From contig OZ243956.1 in the NCBI GenBank assembly GCA_965214405.1, forward strand, positions 2,880,001-2,944,000: a stretch of 64,000 nucleotides of DNA, read 5' to 3'. The notes under the pieces are model-generated. The model saw only the letters and a program-made list of their open reading frames with translations. It was not told where the DNA came from and searched no databases. A program made the position numbers and the translations under genes. How positions within the stretch are numbered: position 1 is the stretch's first letter; each line of letters starts with the position of its first letter. The stretch is from Trueperaceae bacterium (lineage in GTDB: Bacteria; Deinococcota; Deinococci; Deinococcales; Trueperaceae). Positions 62,167-64,000 of this stretch are shown piece by piece.

Positions 62167-63320
62167 ACGTCACCCCTTTCCGTGTTCGTGGTGTAGGTTT
62201 CTAAAAGCGTGATGCTTTCCCTAAGTTTGGTCTCATCCATCTCGTGAACCTCGAGCCCCCGCCCGATGCCCTCGAGGAGCATGATGGTGAGTTCGCCGCC
62301 CAAGTGCTCCTGAAACTCGCTCAAGCCGCTTAATACCGCCGGGTCGCGCAGTTCGGGAGTCGTAAGCGACAGCCTCAGGTTTACAAAAAGGTCCAAGATG
62401 CGCCGCCAAGACGCTTCATCCAACATCCCGGTTAAATAGGCGTAGGACGAGTCAAGCGCGATCCCCACCGCCACCGCCTCGCCGTGGCGCAATTCATAGC
62501 CGCTCAGCGCTTCCAGCTTGTGCGCCGCCCAGTGACCAAAGTCCAAGGGGCGAGAGGAGCCGAACTCGAAGGGGTCGCCGCTCGAGGCGATGTGGTGCAG
62601 GTGCAGCTCGGCGCAGCGGTAGACGAGGTAGCGCACCGCGTCCATGTCGCGGTCGACCAAGTCTTGCGCGTGCGCCTCTATCCATTCGAAAAAAGCTGCA
62701 TCTTTAAGAAGTGCAACCTTGACGGCTTCCGAGATGCCCCCCAACCAGTCACGGTCTGAAAGCGTCATTAAAAAGTCGCTGTCGTTCAAGACCGCGTAGG
62801 GCGGCGCGAAGGTGCCCAGGAAATTCTTTTTTCCAAACGCGTTGACGCTGTTTTTGACGCCCACCGCCGAGTCGTTTTGCGAGAGCACGGTGGTCGGCAC
62901 CCGCACGAGGCGCACGCCCCGGTGCGCGGTTGCGGCGGCGTAGCCCGCCATGTCGATGACCGCGCCCCCGCCGATCACGACCACGAACGCGTGGCGGTCG
63001 AGGCCGAAGCGGTGAACGGCGTCGTGAACGGCAGAGACGGCGGCAGGGTCGTTCTTGACGCCCTCGCCCCCCTCAACCACGAGCGGCGGATGAACGAGCG
63101 AGAGCGCGTCCGCGTAGGCGTCACAGTAGCGGGTGATGTCCGTTGTAAGTGCCGGGTGATGCCGCGCCACTCCCGCGTCGAGCACAACGAGGATTTTGTG
63201 GGGTCTGTTGCCGCGCCCCAGCACGTCCGCAAAAAGGGGATTGTCAGGAGAAAAAAGTTGCTGCGTGAAGTGGACCGGGTAGCGGAAAGCCACCTCGATT
63301 TCTTGCAAAATGGCGTCCAT
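62145..63320 (-). CDS. eboD: 3-dehydroquinate synthase-like sugar-phosphate cyclase (EboD-like)
   Basis: [54 protein letters not shown]. Confidence 0.88.
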   Translation of the reverse strand: MDAILQEIEVAFRYPVHFTQQLFSPDNPLFADVLGRGNRPHKILVVLDAGVARHHPALTTDITRYCDAYADALSLVHPPLVVEGGEGVKNDPAAVSAVHDAVHRFGLDRHAFVVVIGGGAVIDMAGYAAATAHRGVRLVRVPTTVLSQNDSAVGVKNSVNAFGKKNFLGTFAPPYAVLNDSDFLMTLSDRDWLGGISEAVKVALLKDAAFFEWIEAHAQDLVDRDMDAVRYLVYRCAELHLHHIASSGDPFEFGSSRPLDFGHWAAHKLEALSGYELRHGEAVAVGIALDSSYAYLTGMLDEASWRRILDLFVNLRLSLTTPELRDPAVLSGLSEFQEHLGGELTIMLLEGIGRGLEVHEMDETKLRESITLLETYTTNTERGDVWLALAR

Positions 63321-63513
63321 TTCTCTACCTTACTGTCTCTTTGCATAGACTTTTGTGCGTTATTCACTCATTTCTGTGCTGTGTAAATTCTTGCGTCAGC
63401 CAAATTTTTTGGGTCCTCGAGTCGCTTCCAACATCGCAACAGGAATAAGGAAGAATCGCGCAAAGTGGCGAACGCCGTTTTGTTGAGCGCGTCCGCCGCG
63501 CAAAAGTAGAGGG

Positions 63514-64000
63514 ATGACGGATTGGGAGATTCTTATTATCGGCGCGGGCGCGGCGGGGTTGGCGGCGGCGCATGCTTTGCGGGGGGCGGGGCGCATGGGG
63601 GTGCTCGAGGCTCGAGACCGCGTCGGCGGGCGCGTGCTCAGCCTTTCGGATCCCGCGTTTCCGTTGCCTATCGAAGGGGGCGCAGAATACATCCACGGAC
63701 GAGCGGCGGCGCGTTCGGCGTTTTTGCGGGCTGCCGGGGTCGTTCCGGTGGACGTGGCCGACGAGCATTTTCTTCTTCAGGGAGGGAGCTTAGAACCCGC
63801 GGAGGGATTTTTTGCCAAGGCGGGTGAACTTTTGGGTGGGCTCGAGCTGACGGCGGCTGATGACTCCCTCGAGGCGCTCCTCAACCGGCCCTCAACGGAC
63901 GCGGACGAGGCCACAAAAACCCTTGTCCGCACGCTCGTCGAAGGCTTCGACGCGGCGGACCCCGCGCGGGCGAGCGCGGCTGCATTGGCCGAGGAGTGGC
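63514..64000 (+). CDS. Flavin monoamine oxidase family protein (3' end outside window; absent from the ORF track)
   Basis: ATG 63514: MTDWEILIIGAGAAGLAAA..VLEARDRVGGRV..IEGGAEYIHG, open to the window end. Confidence 0.88.
   Translation, partial: MTDWEILIIGAGAAGLAAAHALRGAGRMGVLEARDRVGGRVLSLSDPAFPLPIEGGAEYIHGRAAARSAFLRAAGVVPVDVADEHFLLQGGSLEPAEGFFAKAGELLGGLELTAADDSLEALLNRPSTDADEATKTLVRTLVEGFDAADPARASAAALAEEW

Noticed and set aside
62145..63320. Calling this gene housekeeping aroB
   Set aside because: The [14 protein letters not shown] motif and ebo context, with no aroK/aroC nearby, point to the EboD subgroup.

Overview
GC-rich bacterial chromosomal segment, most consistent with Deinococcota (Trueperaceae/Thermus-like). 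The basis is a Thermus-type branched-chain 2-oxoacid dehydrogenase E1, c552-like cytochromes, a DUF3208-like protein, bshC, an aqualysin-like protease and the cinA-recA-rny order. The core backbone holds purF, bshC, khtTU, asd, degV, comM, a caa3 oxidase operon, an acyl-CoA carboxylase beta subunit, modAB, purA, citrate synthase, BCKDH, recG, rny, recA and cinA. It is punctuated by lower-GC inserts: two PIN toxin-antitoxin pairs, an IS-disrupted nuclease-like/SEC-C gene, a lone TIR-like protein and a methyltransferase. It ends in an ebo-type cluster. The most notable finds are outside the ORF track. (1) A class II c-di-GMP riboswitch with a terminator sits upstream of a 42-aa secreted peptide, directly behind a cupin-HD-GYP phosphodiesterase. 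(2) A candidate sRNA has a TGTAAG-N5-TGTAAG promoter box and an exposed anti-RBS/anti-AUG tract. (3) Oxidase subunit IV is fused to two c552-like domains, one lacking the axial Met. (4) CTCGAG is strongly over-represented. Several single-base frameshifts may be assembly errors. All calls were made by eye, with no database searches.
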